Of a DNA stretch of 64,000 bases, positions 45,298-56,652 are shown piece by piece (within the stretch, counting starts at the first letter, position 1; each line of letters opens with the position of its first letter). The stretch is from an uncultured Clavibacter sp. (GTDB lineage: Bacteria > Actinomycetota > Actinomycetes > Nanopelagicales > Nanopelagicaceae), in NCBI GenBank assembly GCA_937883945.1, contig CAKZXY010000055.1, positions 9,250-73,249 of the forward strand. The letters run 5' to 3'. The notes under the pieces are model-generated. The model had not been told where the DNA came from and searched no databases. It saw nothing but the letters and a program-made list of their open reading frames with translations. The translations under genes and the position numbers were made by a program.

Positions 45298-46271
45298 TAA
45301 ATAAGGCTATTTTGCTTGTTGGCGGCCGAGGAACTCGTCTTGAAGAACTAACTAGAAATACTCCAAAGCCAATGTTGAAGGTAGCAGGAGCTCCAGTTAC
45401 GGAGCATCAAATTGCTAGAGCGCAAGCAGCTGGAATAACTGAGATAGTCCTAGCAACTTCATATCTAGCTGAGGTTTTTAAGCCTTACTTTGGCGATGGA
45501 TCAAAGTTTGGCCTATCAATTAAGTATGCAATAGAGGAGCAACCCCTAGGAACCGGCGGAGCAATTGCTAATGCTGCCAAATCTTTAAATCTTGCAAGCG
45601 ATGAATCTATCTTTATCTTTAATGGCGATGTTCTTAGTGGCCATGATCTAAAAGCCCAGGCAGAGTTTCATGAAAGCAAGGGCGCTGATGTAACTCTGCA
45701 TTTAGTAAGAGTGGAAGATGCTCGCGCTTATGGCTGCGTTCCACTTGATTTAGATGGAAAGGTTTTAGAGTTTCTTGAAAAAATGGATCAGCCCAAGGCA
45801 AATACTATTAATGCTGGTTGTTACATATTTAACAAGAGTGCAATTGAGCAGATTCCCCCAGGCGCAGTGGTAAGTGTTGAGAGGCAGACCTTTCCAGAGC
45901 TTTTGGAGAACAAGGGCGCCTTATATGGATATATTGATGATTCATATTGGATTGATATGGGAACTCCAGCTTCATATATTAAAGCTTCAAGAGATTTGAT
46001 TTTAAACTCTGAGATCTCACCTGCTACTAGGCAGGCAAGAGATGGAGTGATTATCTCTAAAGAGGCTAAGGTAGATGCCACAGCTATGATCTCCGATGGC
46101 TCTGTTATCGAATCTGGAGCAGTGATTGGAGCGCGTTGCCAGATAAGAAGCTCAATTGTTTCAGCCGGGGCAAGTATTGGCGATGGTTCAATAATTGATA
46201 ATTGCTATATCGCACCTAATGTTTCAATTGCAAGTAATAAAAAAATATTTGGAGAAATAATCAATAATTAG
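45294..46271 (+). CDS. manC: Mannose-1-phosphate guanylyltransferase-type NDP-sugar pyrophosphorylase
   Basis: N-terminal LLVGGRGTRLEELTRNTPKPML motif and a C-terminal left-handed beta-helix repeat region. ATGA overlap with dapC. Confidence 0.8.
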   Translation: MINKAILLVGGRGTRLEELTRNTPKPMLKVAGAPVTEHQIARAQAAGITEIVLATSYLAEVFKPYFGDGSKFGLSIKYAIEEQPLGTGGAIANAAKSLNLASDESIFIFNGDVLSGHDLKAQAEFHESKGADVTLHLVRVEDARAYGCVPLDLDGKVLEFLEKMDQPKANTINAGCYIFNKSAIEQIPPGAVVSVERQTFPELLENKGALYGYIDDSYWIDMGTPASYIKASRDLILNSEISPATRQARDGVIISKEAKVDATAMISDGSVIESGAVIGARCQIRSSIVSAGASIGDGSIIDNCYIAPNVSIASNKKIFGEIINN

Positions 46272-46348
46272 CTCATGTTTGCCACAAAATTAAGGGAGAA
46301 ATCGACAAATTGGGGATTAATTTCTACCCAAAAAGTCACGGCAGCGAC

Positions 46349-46377
46349 TTGACACATCCGAATAACAAGCGTGTAAT
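46349..46377 (+). promoter_or_regulatory. Sigma-70-like promoter candidate upstream of whiB
   Basis: TTGACA (46349-46354), a 17-nt spacer, then TGTAAT (46372-46377). Confidence 0.45.
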
Positions 46378-46390
46378 TAGGCCCTAGTAG

Positions 46391-46420
46391 GCCCACCATC
46401 AGGCGTGGGCTCTGTTTTTT
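46391..46420 (+). terminator. Terminator-like hairpin plus U-tract within the whiB leader
   Basis: GCCCAC-catcaggc-GTGGGC followed by TCTGTTTTTT, ending 1 nt before the AGGGG SD of whiB. Confidence 0.5.
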
Positions 46421-46433
46421 AGGGGTATAACTG

Positions 46434-46727
46434 ATGACTGATGCTCGTCGAATAGAGCAGACTTTCATTCCTGGTCCAAGTATCCAATTGGGAAATGGCG
46501 AGATCGTTGAGCTATCGTGGCAAGAGCGAGCGCTATGTGCCCAAACCGATCCCGAAGCTTTCTTCCCTGAAAAAGGTGGTTCAACCCGTGAGGCTAAGCG
46601 AGTTTGTCTCTCCTGTGAGGTTAGACAAGAGTGCCTTGAATACGCTCTGGCCCATGATGAGCGCTTTGGTATCTGGGGCGGACTTTCAGAGCGCGAACGT
46701 CGTCGCCTCAAGCGCCGTCCAGCTTAA
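46434..46727 (+). CDS. whiB: WhiB-family Fe-S transcriptional regulator (WhiB/WhiB2-type by synteny)
   Basis: Four Cys (CAQTDPEAFFPEKG...CLSCEVRQEC) and GIWGGLSERERRRLKR. Synteny with manC, a large GT, DUF3499 and manB. Confidence 0.9.
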   Translation: MTDARRIEQTFIPGPSIQLGNGEIVELSWQERALCAQTDPEAFFPEKGGSTREAKRVCLSCEVRQECLEYALAHDERFGIWGGLSERERRRLKRRPA

Positions 46728-46814
46728 ATTTAATAGCTGTAAGAAAACTAGGTTATCAACTAGAAGAGCTAAGGAAAACTGGTCTAACTTTTCATTTAAA
46801 CAAGAGGCGGTGTA

Positions 46815-49800
46815 ATGCCTACTTCAGATAATAACTTTGTCACTGCAATTATCGTCTCTCACAATGGAGCTCTCTGGTTACCTGAAGTTGTGGCATCCCT
46901 TGCTAAGCAGAGACGGGCAATAGATCAGATCATTGCGATTGATACTGGCTCTGAAGATAGTTCAGTGAAATTACTAAGAGGGGCTGGCATTGCCACGATC
47001 TCGACCGCTAAAGAAACTGGCTTTGGCGCAGCGATAAAGGAAGCGCTTAGTAATTCAAGAGTTAAACGCGGTTATGAGTCAGATGTTGAATGGCTCTGGC
47101 TTATTCATGATGATTGCGCCCCTGATGCAAACGCACTTAAAGAGCTTTTAGCAGCCCTTGATGAGAGACCAGCAGTTGCAATGGCTGGGCCCAAGTTGCG
47201 CGGCTGGCATGACCGAAACCATTTATTGGAGCTAGGAATTAGCATCGCCTCAAATGGCGCTCGCTGGACGGGACTTGAATATCGCGAATCTGATCAAGGC
47301 CAACATGATGGAGTTAGTGAAGTATTAGCCGTTAGTACAGCTGGGGCGCTAATTCGCCGCGATGTCTTTGAAGAGTTAGATGGATTTGATCCAGAACTTT
47401 CTTTATTTAGAGATGATGTTGATTTTGGTTGGCGTGTGCATACTGCTGGACATTCAGTAATTGCAGTTCCAAAGGCTATTGCTTATCACGCTGAGGCTGC
47501 CTCTAATGAACGTAGGCGAATCGATGTCTCAGATGCTTTTCTTCATCGCCCACTACTTCTAGATCGCAGGCATGCCGCCTATGTTTTAATGGCCAATACA
47601 TCTTGGTGGCTCTTGCCTTTAATTGCTATACAACTTCTCTCAGCATCGCTATTTCGCGCAATTGGCTATCTACTAGCAAAACTTCCTGGATATGCCTTAG
47701 ATGAGATTGCAGCAGTTGCTCTGGTAATTCTGCAGCCGCAGGACTTATTTAGGGCGAGAGCAAAACGAAGGAAGAATCGTTTAGTTTCATCAAGGGTGAT
47801 CTCTCGTTTTGTTCCACCTAGAGGATCACAGCTGCGATTAGCAATTGAGCGATCTAGCGCTTCCATCACTCGAACTTGGCGCCGCTCCTCCATATATGAA
47901 GAAAATGGCGTTACTAGCTCTGCTCTAGATCTAAATGATGAAGCTCTAGAAAATGCTGATATTGATTTAGTCCAAGCCCCATCACCGATTAGATGGCTTA
48001 CTCGTCGCCCAATACTTAGCGTCTCGCTGCTTGTTGTTTTATTGACCTTAATAGCCTCCCGAAATCGTTTTGGAGCAATAGTTGGTGGCGCTCTAGCGCA
48101 AACACCTACAAAAGCCTTTGAACTATTTTCAATGTACTCTGATTCTTGGCATACCGTGGGTCTTGGCTCAAGTACTAGCGCCCCGCCCTGGGTGGCCTAT
48201 ATTGGATTTGGTTCCTTACTTACCGGGGCAAACTCCTCACTATTTATTACCGCATTATTTCTTGGCGCAGTTCCTCTTGCGCTCTGGGGTTCATATCTTC
48301 TTGCAAAGAAATTCACCGATCTACACTTTCTTGCACTCCTTGCAGCCCTGCTCTATACCTTCTCGCCAACGACGTTAAGCGCTATTAATAGTGGCCGAGT
48401 TGGAACTCTAGTTTTAGTAGTAATTGGACCGTGGTTGATTAGATCGCTATTTGGTCTCGAGCAGCTAGAAAATCTCTCTTGGCGAAAGACATTCTGGATT
48501 GCGCTGCTACTAACCTTTGTCTGCGCCTTCTCACCAATGACATTTATGTCCATCCTGCTCTGGCAGATTATTTTGGTGATCTTTGATGTAGTTGCATTTA
48601 ATTCCAAAAGTAATGCGATGGATAAGGCAGTCTTTGATAGAAGAAATGCCCGCCGTATTGCCGTGATGATTACTCCTTTGATTGTTAATGCTCCTTGGTC
48701 TATTGAATTCATTCTTCATCCATCAAGAATCCTTCTTGATCCAGGTTTAAGTCTTGCTGGCGGCGAAGTGATCTCTTTACTTCTAGGAAACCCTGGTGGA
48801 GTTGGAGCTCCTCCGATTTGGATAATTTCACCAATACTTCTTATTGCTGTAATAGCTATCTTTGTTGGTAAGACAGCGCGCTTGGGTGAGGTAGCGCTAT
48901 TTTTTATCGCAATTGCAGCGCTACTTGGTTCAAGGCAGGTTTCAGGACATGGAAGTTTTACCCCTGAGCAACTCTGGGTTGGCTCTCTTCTAGTAATTCC
49001 AACCTTAACTGCCCTACTTGCAGCAGTAATCATGATTGATAACTATCTACCTAGCCTTAGCCAATCTCATATTGATTATCGCCATATTCTCCTTGGCTTT
49101 ACCTCTTTGATTTCTGCGCTCTCTATTCTTGCCTCAGCTACTTGGTGGCTGAGCTCAGCTAGTAGCGCTCCAGTTCAATCCAATTCAAAATCTGCACTTC
49201 CTGCTTTTCTAAGCGCTAGCGCGCAGACCGAGGGGCGTTATAAGACTCTGGTTTTAAGGGCTGAGTCAGCAAAGGTTAAATACTTCATTGCTAGAGACAG
49301 AGACCTGCAATTAGGGCAAGCAGATGTCATTACAGGTCTTGCCCCAGTAGTTACTAAAGCAATAAATGATCTAATAGCAGGATCTGGAGTTAGCAGCAGT
49401 CAAGTCTTTGCCGAGTTTGGAATTAGATATCTCTTTTTAGCAAACCCTATTGATGAGGAGTTAGTAAGAACTATTGATGGCGCAGGAGGATTTACAAGAG
49501 CTGCCTCAACTGATGAAGGAATAACATGGAAAGTTCCAGGAGCACTTGGCCATATCTCATTTCTATCTCAAGATGGAACCTACTCAGTTTTACCAAGTGG
49601 TGAAATTGGTGCAGCAGGAACACTTACATCTGCTGGAGTAATAATAATTACCGAAAAGTATGACAATCGTTGGAGGATGCTTCTAAATGGTAGTTATCTA
49701 CCATTAACCCAAACTGAAAATGGGGTACCAAGGTTTTACGTTACAGAACCGGGAGATTTCCTAATCTTCCATGATGCCACCTCAAGAAGAGCATGGGTCT

Positions 49801-49892
49801 CGCTTCAACTATTGACCTTTCTTACCTTAATTGTTCTCGCCCTTCCTGCTCGTCGCAGAAGAAGTCAGATGAGTGAGCAGGAGTTGGCATGA
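46815..49892 (+). CDS. Large family 2 glycosyltransferase fused to a polytopic membrane domain and a C-terminal extracytoplasmic domain
   Basis: 1025 aa. N-terminal GT2 domain (IIVSHNG...DTGSEDSS...LIHDDC). Residues about 390-780 are many hydrophobic helices. Soluble C-terminal region ends in a final TM. Confidence 0.8.
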   Translation: MPTSDNNFVTAIIVSHNGALWLPEVVASLAKQRRAIDQIIAIDTGSEDSSVKLLRGAGIATISTAKETGFGAAIKEALSNSRVKRGYESDVEWLWLIHDDCAPDANALKELLAALDERPAVAMAGPKLRGWHDRNHLLELGISIASNGARWTGLEYRESDQGQHDGVSEVLAVSTAGALIRRDVFEELDGFDPELSLFRDDVDFGWRVHTAGHSVIAVPKAIAYHAEAASNERRRIDVSDAFLHRPLLLDRRHAAYVLMANTSWWLLPLIAIQLLSASLFRAIGYLLAKLPGYALDEIAAVALVILQPQDLFRARAKRRKNRLVSSRVISRFVPPRGSQLRLAIERSSASITRTWRRSSIYEENGVTSSALDLNDEALENADIDLVQAPSPIRWLTRRPILSVSLLVVLLTLIASRNRFGAIVGGALAQTPTKAFELFSMYSDSWHTVGLGSSTSAPPWVAYIGFGSLLTGANSSLFITALFLGAVPLALWGSYLLAKKFTDLHFLALLAALLYTFSPTTLSAINSGRVGTLVLVVIGPWLIRSLFGLEQLENLSWRKTFWIALLLTFVCAFSPMTFMSILLWQIILVIFDVVAFNSKSNAMDKAVFDRRNARRIAVMITPLIVNAPWSIEFILHPSRILLDPGLSLAGGEVISLLLGNPGGVGAPPIWIISPILLIAVIAIFVGKTARLGEVALFFIAIAALLGSRQVSGHGSFTPEQLWVGSLLVIPTLTALLAAVIMIDNYLPSLSQSHIDYRHILLGFTSLISALSILASATWWLSSASSAPVQSNSKSALPAFLSASAQTEGRYKTLVLRAESAKVKYFIARDRDLQLGQADVITGLAPVVTKAINDLIAGSGVSSSQVFAEFGIRYLFLANPIDEELVRTIDGAGGFTRAASTDEGITWKVPGALGHISFLSQDGTYSVLPSGEIGAAGTLTSAGVIIITEKYDNRWRMLLNGSYLPLTQTENGVPRFYVTEPGDFLIFHDATSRRAWVSLQLLTFLTLIVLALPARRRRSQMSEQELA

Positions 49893-51196
49893 AAGAGACT
49901 CGAGCTAGCTTTGCGCTTTTGATTTTTATCATTATCGCTCATATTGCGCACCTACTTCCACAGAGCTCCTCTAATTCTGTTATTACTCAGTCATATCCAG
50001 CAACGGCATGTCCTGCTGGAGTATCTGGAGCCAAGGCAACTGCGCTACTTGCCTCCAAAAATATTGAGATAAGAAATATCAATCAGCCAAATGCAGAGCT
50101 AAAGAAAAACGGCGCTGGAAGCTATCCGCTGAGTCGCGGAGCTATTTTGGTGGCTGGAAATGCCGCAAATACAAATGTCATTATGACTAGATCTGGCAAG
50201 TGGAGTAGCGCTGCTACCTGCACTATTAGCCCTTCTATCAATTGGTTTGTTGGTGGAACGGCTAACGTCACCAGTCAATCAAAGTTAATTCTGATCAATA
50301 GTGGTTTAAGTGATGCTCTAATTGATCTCACCGCTTACTCTGAAAGCGGAGCTAGTCAGAGCCTTCCAGTAACAGTTAAAGCCTCATCTGAGAAAGTAGT
50401 TCGTATCGACTCTCTATCTCCAGGTTCTGAGCGAATAGTTTTAAAGGTTGAGACTAGAAGCGGTCGAGTGACTTCATATCTATTAGATGAGCGAGTGCGC
50501 GGCTTAAGTAATATTGGCGCAGACTTTGTTCCAGCAACATCAGAGGCGAGTAGAGAATTAGTCATTGCAGGTCTTAACGTAAAGCTTGGCTCTAGTAGCT
50601 CGATTAAACACACTTTAAGACTTATGAGCGTTGGAGAAGTTGATGCTAGCGCTAGCGTTGAGATCATCTCACCCGATGGTGTCTATGTTCCGGTGGGATT
50701 TGGTGAGATCTCTTTAAATGCCCGGGAAGTTACAGATATTGATTTAAGCGGCGTTGACTTTGGTAGCAAAGCTTTTGCTCTAAAAATTAGCGCAACCGAA
50801 GAGATAGTTGCATCAGTGCTATCAGAAGTTAAGAGCGGATCGGTTTCAGACTTTACTTGGAGCGCTCCAAGTCAGAGTTTTAATAGCGTTACATTTAATA
50901 TTTATGGCCTTGAACCAGTGATTAGCTTTGTTGGGGAGAGAGTAATCCTCTCCATAGTTTGGAGAGATAGGCAGGGCAAGAGCAATAGTGAATTGATTCG
51001 AGGCGATGAGATAGTTAATTGGCGGGTTCCACCGAATACCAGACTATTAACAATTAGTAGCGCAAGCCCAGTAGTTGCAGCGATGAGTTGGATTTCTGGT
51101 GATGGAGTTGCCCGCCTTGGTATCGCTCCAAGTACAAACCTTGAAAGCGCCACCAAGCCAGTTGCTGATATCGCAGTTATTCAGCCTCGCGGCTAG
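49889..51196 (+). CDS. Membrane-anchored/secreted hypothetical protein (DUF5719-like position downstream of the large GT)
   Basis: N-terminal hydrophobic anchor, Ser/Thr/Val-rich beta-type sequence. ATGA overlap with the GT gene. Confidence 0.5.
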   Translation: MKETRASFALLIFIIIAHIAHLLPQSSSNSVITQSYPATACPAGVSGAKATALLASKNIEIRNINQPNAELKKNGAGSYPLSRGAILVAGNAANTNVIMTRSGKWSSAATCTISPSINWFVGGTANVTSQSKLILINSGLSDALIDLTAYSESGASQSLPVTVKASSEKVVRIDSLSPGSERIVLKVETRSGRVTSYLLDERVRGLSNIGADFVPATSEASRELVIAGLNVKLGSSSSIKHTLRLMSVGEVDASASVEIISPDGVYVPVGFGEISLNAREVTDIDLSGVDFGSKAFALKISATEEIVASVLSEVKSGSVSDFTWSAPSQSFNSVTFNIYGLEPVISFVGERVILSIVWRDRQGKSNSELIRGDEIVNWRVPPNTRLLTISSASPVVAAMSWISGDGVARLGIAPSTNLESATKPVADIAVIQPRG

Positions 51197-51238
51197 TAAA
51201 TCCCATAAAAGTTAGAGGTAAGAGACTAATCTCGCGCC

Positions 51239-51625
51239 ATGTCTTCTACTAATAGCTCAAGGCCAAACTCTCGACCCAGCGCCGTTGGTAGACGTTGCAC
51301 GCGCTCTGGATGTAGCGCGCATGCGATTAAAACTCTTACCTATATCTACTCTGACTCCACAGCGCTGATTGGACCACTTTCAACTTATGTTGAACCACAT
51401 GCCTATGATCTCTGCTTAGAACACTCGGCAAAATTAACAGTGCCACAAGGCTGGAGCGTTATTGAACATAATCCTGATAGAGAAATTCTTGAACCCTCTC
51501 CGGAAGATTTAATAGCTATTGCTGATGCGATTCGCCAGAGCTTTGCCGAAGATATTGCGCCAAAGGCAGTAACTCCTGAAGTTGGTCGTCGTGGCCACCT
51601 TCGAGCAATACCCGATAATAAGTAA
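51239..51625 (+). CDS. DUF3499-domain protein
   Basis: RRCTRSGCSAHAIKTLTYIYSDSTALIGPL...PHAYDLCLEHSAKLTVPQGW matches my recollection of the DUF3499 pattern. Conserved position upstream of manB. Confidence 0.7.
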   Translation: MSSTNSSRPNSRPSAVGRRCTRSGCSAHAIKTLTYIYSDSTALIGPLSTYVEPHAYDLCLEHSAKLTVPQGWSVIEHNPDREILEPSPEDLIAIADAIRQSFAEDIAPKAVTPEVGRRGHLRAIPDNK

Positions 51626-51643
51626 GAGCGCTAAGATTTAAAG

Positions 51644-53032
51644 GTGGATCAAGAGCTGCTTGATAAAGTAATTAAGGCCTATGACATTCGCGGCCTAGTC
51701 GATGAAGAGATAAGCGTTGACTTTACTTTTGCACTTGGTATTGCCTTTGCTAAATTCATTGAACGAGAGCGTGAGCCAGCAACAATCGTTGTTGGAGAGG
51801 ATATGCGCCCTTCATCTCCTGATTTAGCAACTGCATTTTCAGATGGCATAACCTCACAAGGACTTGATGTAATTCGCATTGGGCTCTGCTCAACTGATCA
51901 ACTTTATTTTGCATCGGGAGCGCTTAATATGCCTGGAGCGATGTTCACTGCGAGCCATAATCCAGCGCAATACAATGGAATAAAGCTATGTAGAAGTGGG
52001 GCTAAGCCAATTGGCCAAGAATCAGGGCTTGGTTGGATTAAGTCGGCAATTGCTCAAGGCTTTCCCATTCCAAATCGCCCTATGGGAAAAGAGCGAAGCC
52101 AGGATTTACTAGCTGATTACGTTAAATTCCTATTCTCACTCTTTCCAGAGAAATCTTTTGCTCCAGATTTTCAATCAAGGCCGCTTCGTATCGCAATTGA
52201 TGCGGGAAATGGGATGGGAGGGCATACCGCACCTGCTGTTATGCGAGAGATAAATGCGGTAGTTGATGGAATCTATTTTGAATTAGATGGAAGCTTTCCA
52301 AATCATGAGGCAAATCCGATAGATCCTAAGAACTTAGTTGATCTACAAAATTTAGTGAAGCAGAAAGGTTCAGATATAGGTTTAGCATTTGATGGAGATG
52401 CCGATCGTTGCTTCCTCGTTGATGAAAAGGGAGAGCTAGTCTCACCATCTGCGCTAACTGCTCTGATTGCAAAGCGAGAACTAATTAAAAATCCTGGCGC
52501 AGCAATTATCTATAACTTGATTTCTTCCAGAGCTGTCCCTGAAGTAATTACTGAGTCAGGCGGTAGGGCGCTTCGCTCCAGAGTTGGTCACTCCTATATA
52601 AAACAGATGATGGCAGATCAAGGCGCTGTATTTGGGGGAGAGCATTCAGGACATTTTTATTTTAAGGACTTCTGGTCTGCAGATTCTGGAATGCTTGCTG
52701 CTCTTCATGCAATAGCTGCGCTTCTTGAAAGTCAGATGAAGCTATCAGAGCTAATGCAGAGCTTTAATCGATATAGCCTCAGTGGTGAGATTAATACAAC
52801 AGTCGTTGATCAAGGCAAAGCGATAGAGAAGATCAACTCTTACTTTAAAGATTATGAGCCAGGCTTAACTTTTGACAAGCTTGATGGCCTCACTGTTAGC
52901 GCGAAGAATTGGTGGTTTAACCTAAGGTCTTCAAATACCGAGCCGCTATTAAGGCTAAATGTCGAGGCAGATACCCCAGAGCAGATGGTTACTATGCGAG
53001 ATCTGGTCTTGCAGTTAATAAGAAACGGGTAA
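51644..53032 (+). CDS. manB: Phosphomannomutase/phosphoglucomutase
   Basis: TASHNPAQYNGIK active-site loop and DGDADR metal loop. GTG start preceded by AAAGG. Confidence 0.9.
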   Translation: MDQELLDKVIKAYDIRGLVDEEISVDFTFALGIAFAKFIEREREPATIVVGEDMRPSSPDLATAFSDGITSQGLDVIRIGLCSTDQLYFASGALNMPGAMFTASHNPAQYNGIKLCRSGAKPIGQESGLGWIKSAIAQGFPIPNRPMGKERSQDLLADYVKFLFSLFPEKSFAPDFQSRPLRIAIDAGNGMGGHTAPAVMREINAVVDGIYFELDGSFPNHEANPIDPKNLVDLQNLVKQKGSDIGLAFDGDADRCFLVDEKGELVSPSALTALIAKRELIKNPGAAIIYNLISSRAVPEVITESGGRALRSRVGHSYIKQMMADQGAVFGGEHSGHFYFKDFWSADSGMLAALHAIAALLESQMKLSELMQSFNRYSLSGEINTTVVDQGKAIEKINSYFKDYEPGLTFDKLDGLTVSAKNWWFNLRSSNTEPLLRLNVEADTPEQMVTMRDLVLQLIRNG

Positions 53033-53085
53033 ACTACGCCTTCTAATCAGAGGCAAGCACTAAACCCATCAGGAGAGATATCTAA

Positions 53086-54365
<1,280 letters not shown>

Positions 54366-54366
<1 letters not shown>

Positions 54367-55055
54367 TGACTTCGGTAATGGTCGTTGATGACGATCAAGA
54401 CCTTGCCGAAATGTTGGGAATTGTTTTAAATGGCGTAGGTATTGAAGTCGACCTAGTTAGTAGGGGCGATGAAGTGCTTGAGGTCTTTCGCAATAATCCG
54501 CCAGATTTAGTATTGCTAGACATCATGCTTCCTGGCCTTGATGGAATTGAAGTATGTAAAGAAATTCGTAAACACTCTATGCGTGTGCCAATTGTGATGC
54601 TCACTGCAAAGAGTGATACCCATGACATTGTTCGAGGGCTTGAAGCAGGCGCTGATGATTACATGGTCAAGCCATTTAAACCATCAGAGTTAGTGGCGCG
54701 AATTAGAACCAGGCTACGAAGAGCAAGTGGAGAAATCTCCAGCATTTTAACTATTGGTGACTTAGCTATTGATATTGTGGAGCACACTGTAACTCGAGCA
54801 GGAAAAGAGATTCCTTTAACTCGTCTTGAATTTGATCTCTTAGTTTCCCTTGCTAAAGAGCCAGGCAGAGTATTTACTAGAGAAGCTCTCCTTGGTGAAG
54901 TCTGGGGTTATCGTCACTCAACTGATACTCGCTTAGTTAATGTTCATATTCAAAGACTGCGTGCCAAGATTGAGCATGACCCCGAAACTCCCACCATCAT
55001 CGGCACCGTTCGCGGCATTGGCTATAAGGCAGGCGCCCCAGGTAATAGAAGTTAG
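54366..55055 (+). CDS. mtrA: OmpR-family response regulator MtrA
   Basis: Receiver domain (DLVLLDIMLPGLDG) and winged-helix output domain. ahcY-mtrA-mtrB synteny as in Mycobacterium. TAATG overlap with ahcY. Confidence 0.9.
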
Positions 55056-55067
55056 AGGCTCTGCCAA

Positions 55068-56606
55068 GTGAAGATAATCGAATACTTTCGGACCTCTTTA
55101 TTTAGAAAAGTCTTCTCAGTTTCAAGCATTATCTCAATTGCTTTAATCTATTTTCTTGGCTCAAATCTTTATAACCGCATCTCTGACGGCATTATTGAGG
55201 AGAAGATTTCAGCAGCAATCTCTGAAGGCGAGGCTGCGATTCAATATGCCGATTATCGATTCTTGATAGGCAGCCTTAACAACAATACCAATTACAAAAC
55301 AATTGTTGATGAGATTGTGAAATCAACCAGCGTTAGCGCTAAAGCCTCAGGACGAGAGATTGCACTTCTAAGTACTAGTGGCAAGAGAGTTGCTGGAATT
55401 CCCTCAAGATCCACTTCGAACTTTTTGGAACCTTCATCAATTTCAAGTGAACTAAGGCAGCTTGTGACTCAAGATGACGAGATTCATTGGCAGCGCACCA
55501 ACTTGCAGTACTTCAATGGTGAAAGCGTTGCTGGAGTTGCTGTGGGACAGCGTATAGATATTAAGCCTGTAGGTCGATATGAAATGTATGTGCTCTTTGA
55601 CTTTGCATCACAACAGCAAACTATTGATCTAATTGGTCGTTCGATGTGGGGCACAGGACTTCTTCTGATGGCCTTGATTATGATTATTGCCTCAGTTGTT
55701 CTCAGGCAAGTTATTAAGCCAGTTAGGTATGCCGCTGAAGTGGCAGAGCAATTATCATCTGGCGACCTGTTAAAGAGGATGAAAGTTAAGGGAAGCGATG
55801 AAGTTGCCAGACTTGGTACTGCTTTTAATGACATGGCAGATACTCTCGCCAAGCAGATTACTCGTCTAGAGAACCTCTCTAAGCTTCAGCAGCGATTTGT
55901 CTCTGATGTTTCTCATGAGCTACGTACACCCCTGACAACTATCCGTATGGCATCTGATGTAATCTATGCAGCTAGAGAGGGATTTGATCCAACCATTTCA
56001 AGGAGTGCTGAACTTCTGCTCTCTCAGATTGATCGTTTTGAAGAGCTATTAACTGATCTATTGGAAGTCAGTCGCTTTGATGCTCAAGTTGCCACTCTCT
56101 CGCTTTCAAGAATTGACATTACTAAATTAGTTAATCGCTGCGTTGAAGATTTAGCGATGGATGCTAAGCAAAGAGATGTAAAGATTCGAATCGATGCTCC
56201 CCAAGAAGAGCTCTTAATTGATGGGGATTTGCGCCGTATTGAGCGGATTATGCGAAATCTATTGGCAAATGCGATAGATCATGCTGAAGGCAATCCTGTG
56301 GATTTAACTATTAAAGATAGTCAGAGCGCAGTTTCGATAGCAGTTAGGGATTATGGAGTTGGCATTGCTACCCATCACCTCGAGCGAGTCTTTGATCGTT
56401 TCTGGCGAGCAGATCCCTCCCGCTCTCGTATTAGAGGAGGAACTGGGCTTGGCCTATCAATTGCTAGAGAGGATGCAAATCTTCATGGTGGGGATATCAA
56501 GCTATGGTCAGAGCTAGGTGCTGGCTCACAATTTGTTTTAACTCTTCCTTTAACTCAAGATCAACCGATTGTTGAAGTTCCCATAGCTGAGTTACCCACA
56601 TATTAA
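55068..56606 (+). CDS. mtrB: Sensor histidine kinase MtrB
   Basis: Two TM segments flanking an extracytoplasmic loop, HAMP domain, H-box SHELRTPLT and HATPase (GTGLGLSI). Confidence 0.9.
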   Translation: MKIIEYFRTSLFRKVFSVSSIISIALIYFLGSNLYNRISDGIIEEKISAAISEGEAAIQYADYRFLIGSLNNNTNYKTIVDEIVKSTSVSAKASGREIALLSTSGKRVAGIPSRSTSNFLEPSSISSELRQLVTQDDEIHWQRTNLQYFNGESVAGVAVGQRIDIKPVGRYEMYVLFDFASQQQTIDLIGRSMWGTGLLLMALIMIIASVVLRQVIKPVRYAAEVAEQLSSGDLLKRMKVKGSDEVARLGTAFNDMADTLAKQITRLENLSKLQQRFVSDVSHELRTPLTTIRMASDVIYAAREGFDPTISRSAELLLSQIDRFEELLTDLLEVSRFDAQVATLSLSRIDITKLVNRCVEDLAMDAKQRDVKIRIDAPQEELLIDGDLRRIERIMRNLLANAIDHAEGNPVDLTIKDSQSAVSIAVRDYGVGIATHHLERVFDRFWRADPSRSRIRGGTGLGLSIAREDANLHGGDIKLWSELGAGSQFVLTLPLTQDQPIVEVPIAELPTY

Positions 56607-56652
56607 AGTTCTAATTGATTAATTCTTTACTTGCTTTGCTAATAATGGCTAA

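Noticed and set aside
46268-46815. ORFs 46268-46711 (minus strand, 147 aa) and 46495-46815 (plus strand, 106 aa) overlapping whiB
   Set aside because: These are shadow ORFs in alternative frames of the strongly supported WhiB gene and its flanks. Their Arg/Ser-rich composition is typical of out-of-frame translation.
53033-53085. SAH riboswitch upstream of ahcY
   Set aside because: The spacer is only 53 bp and shows none of the GC-rich pseudoknotted helices expected for the SAH element.
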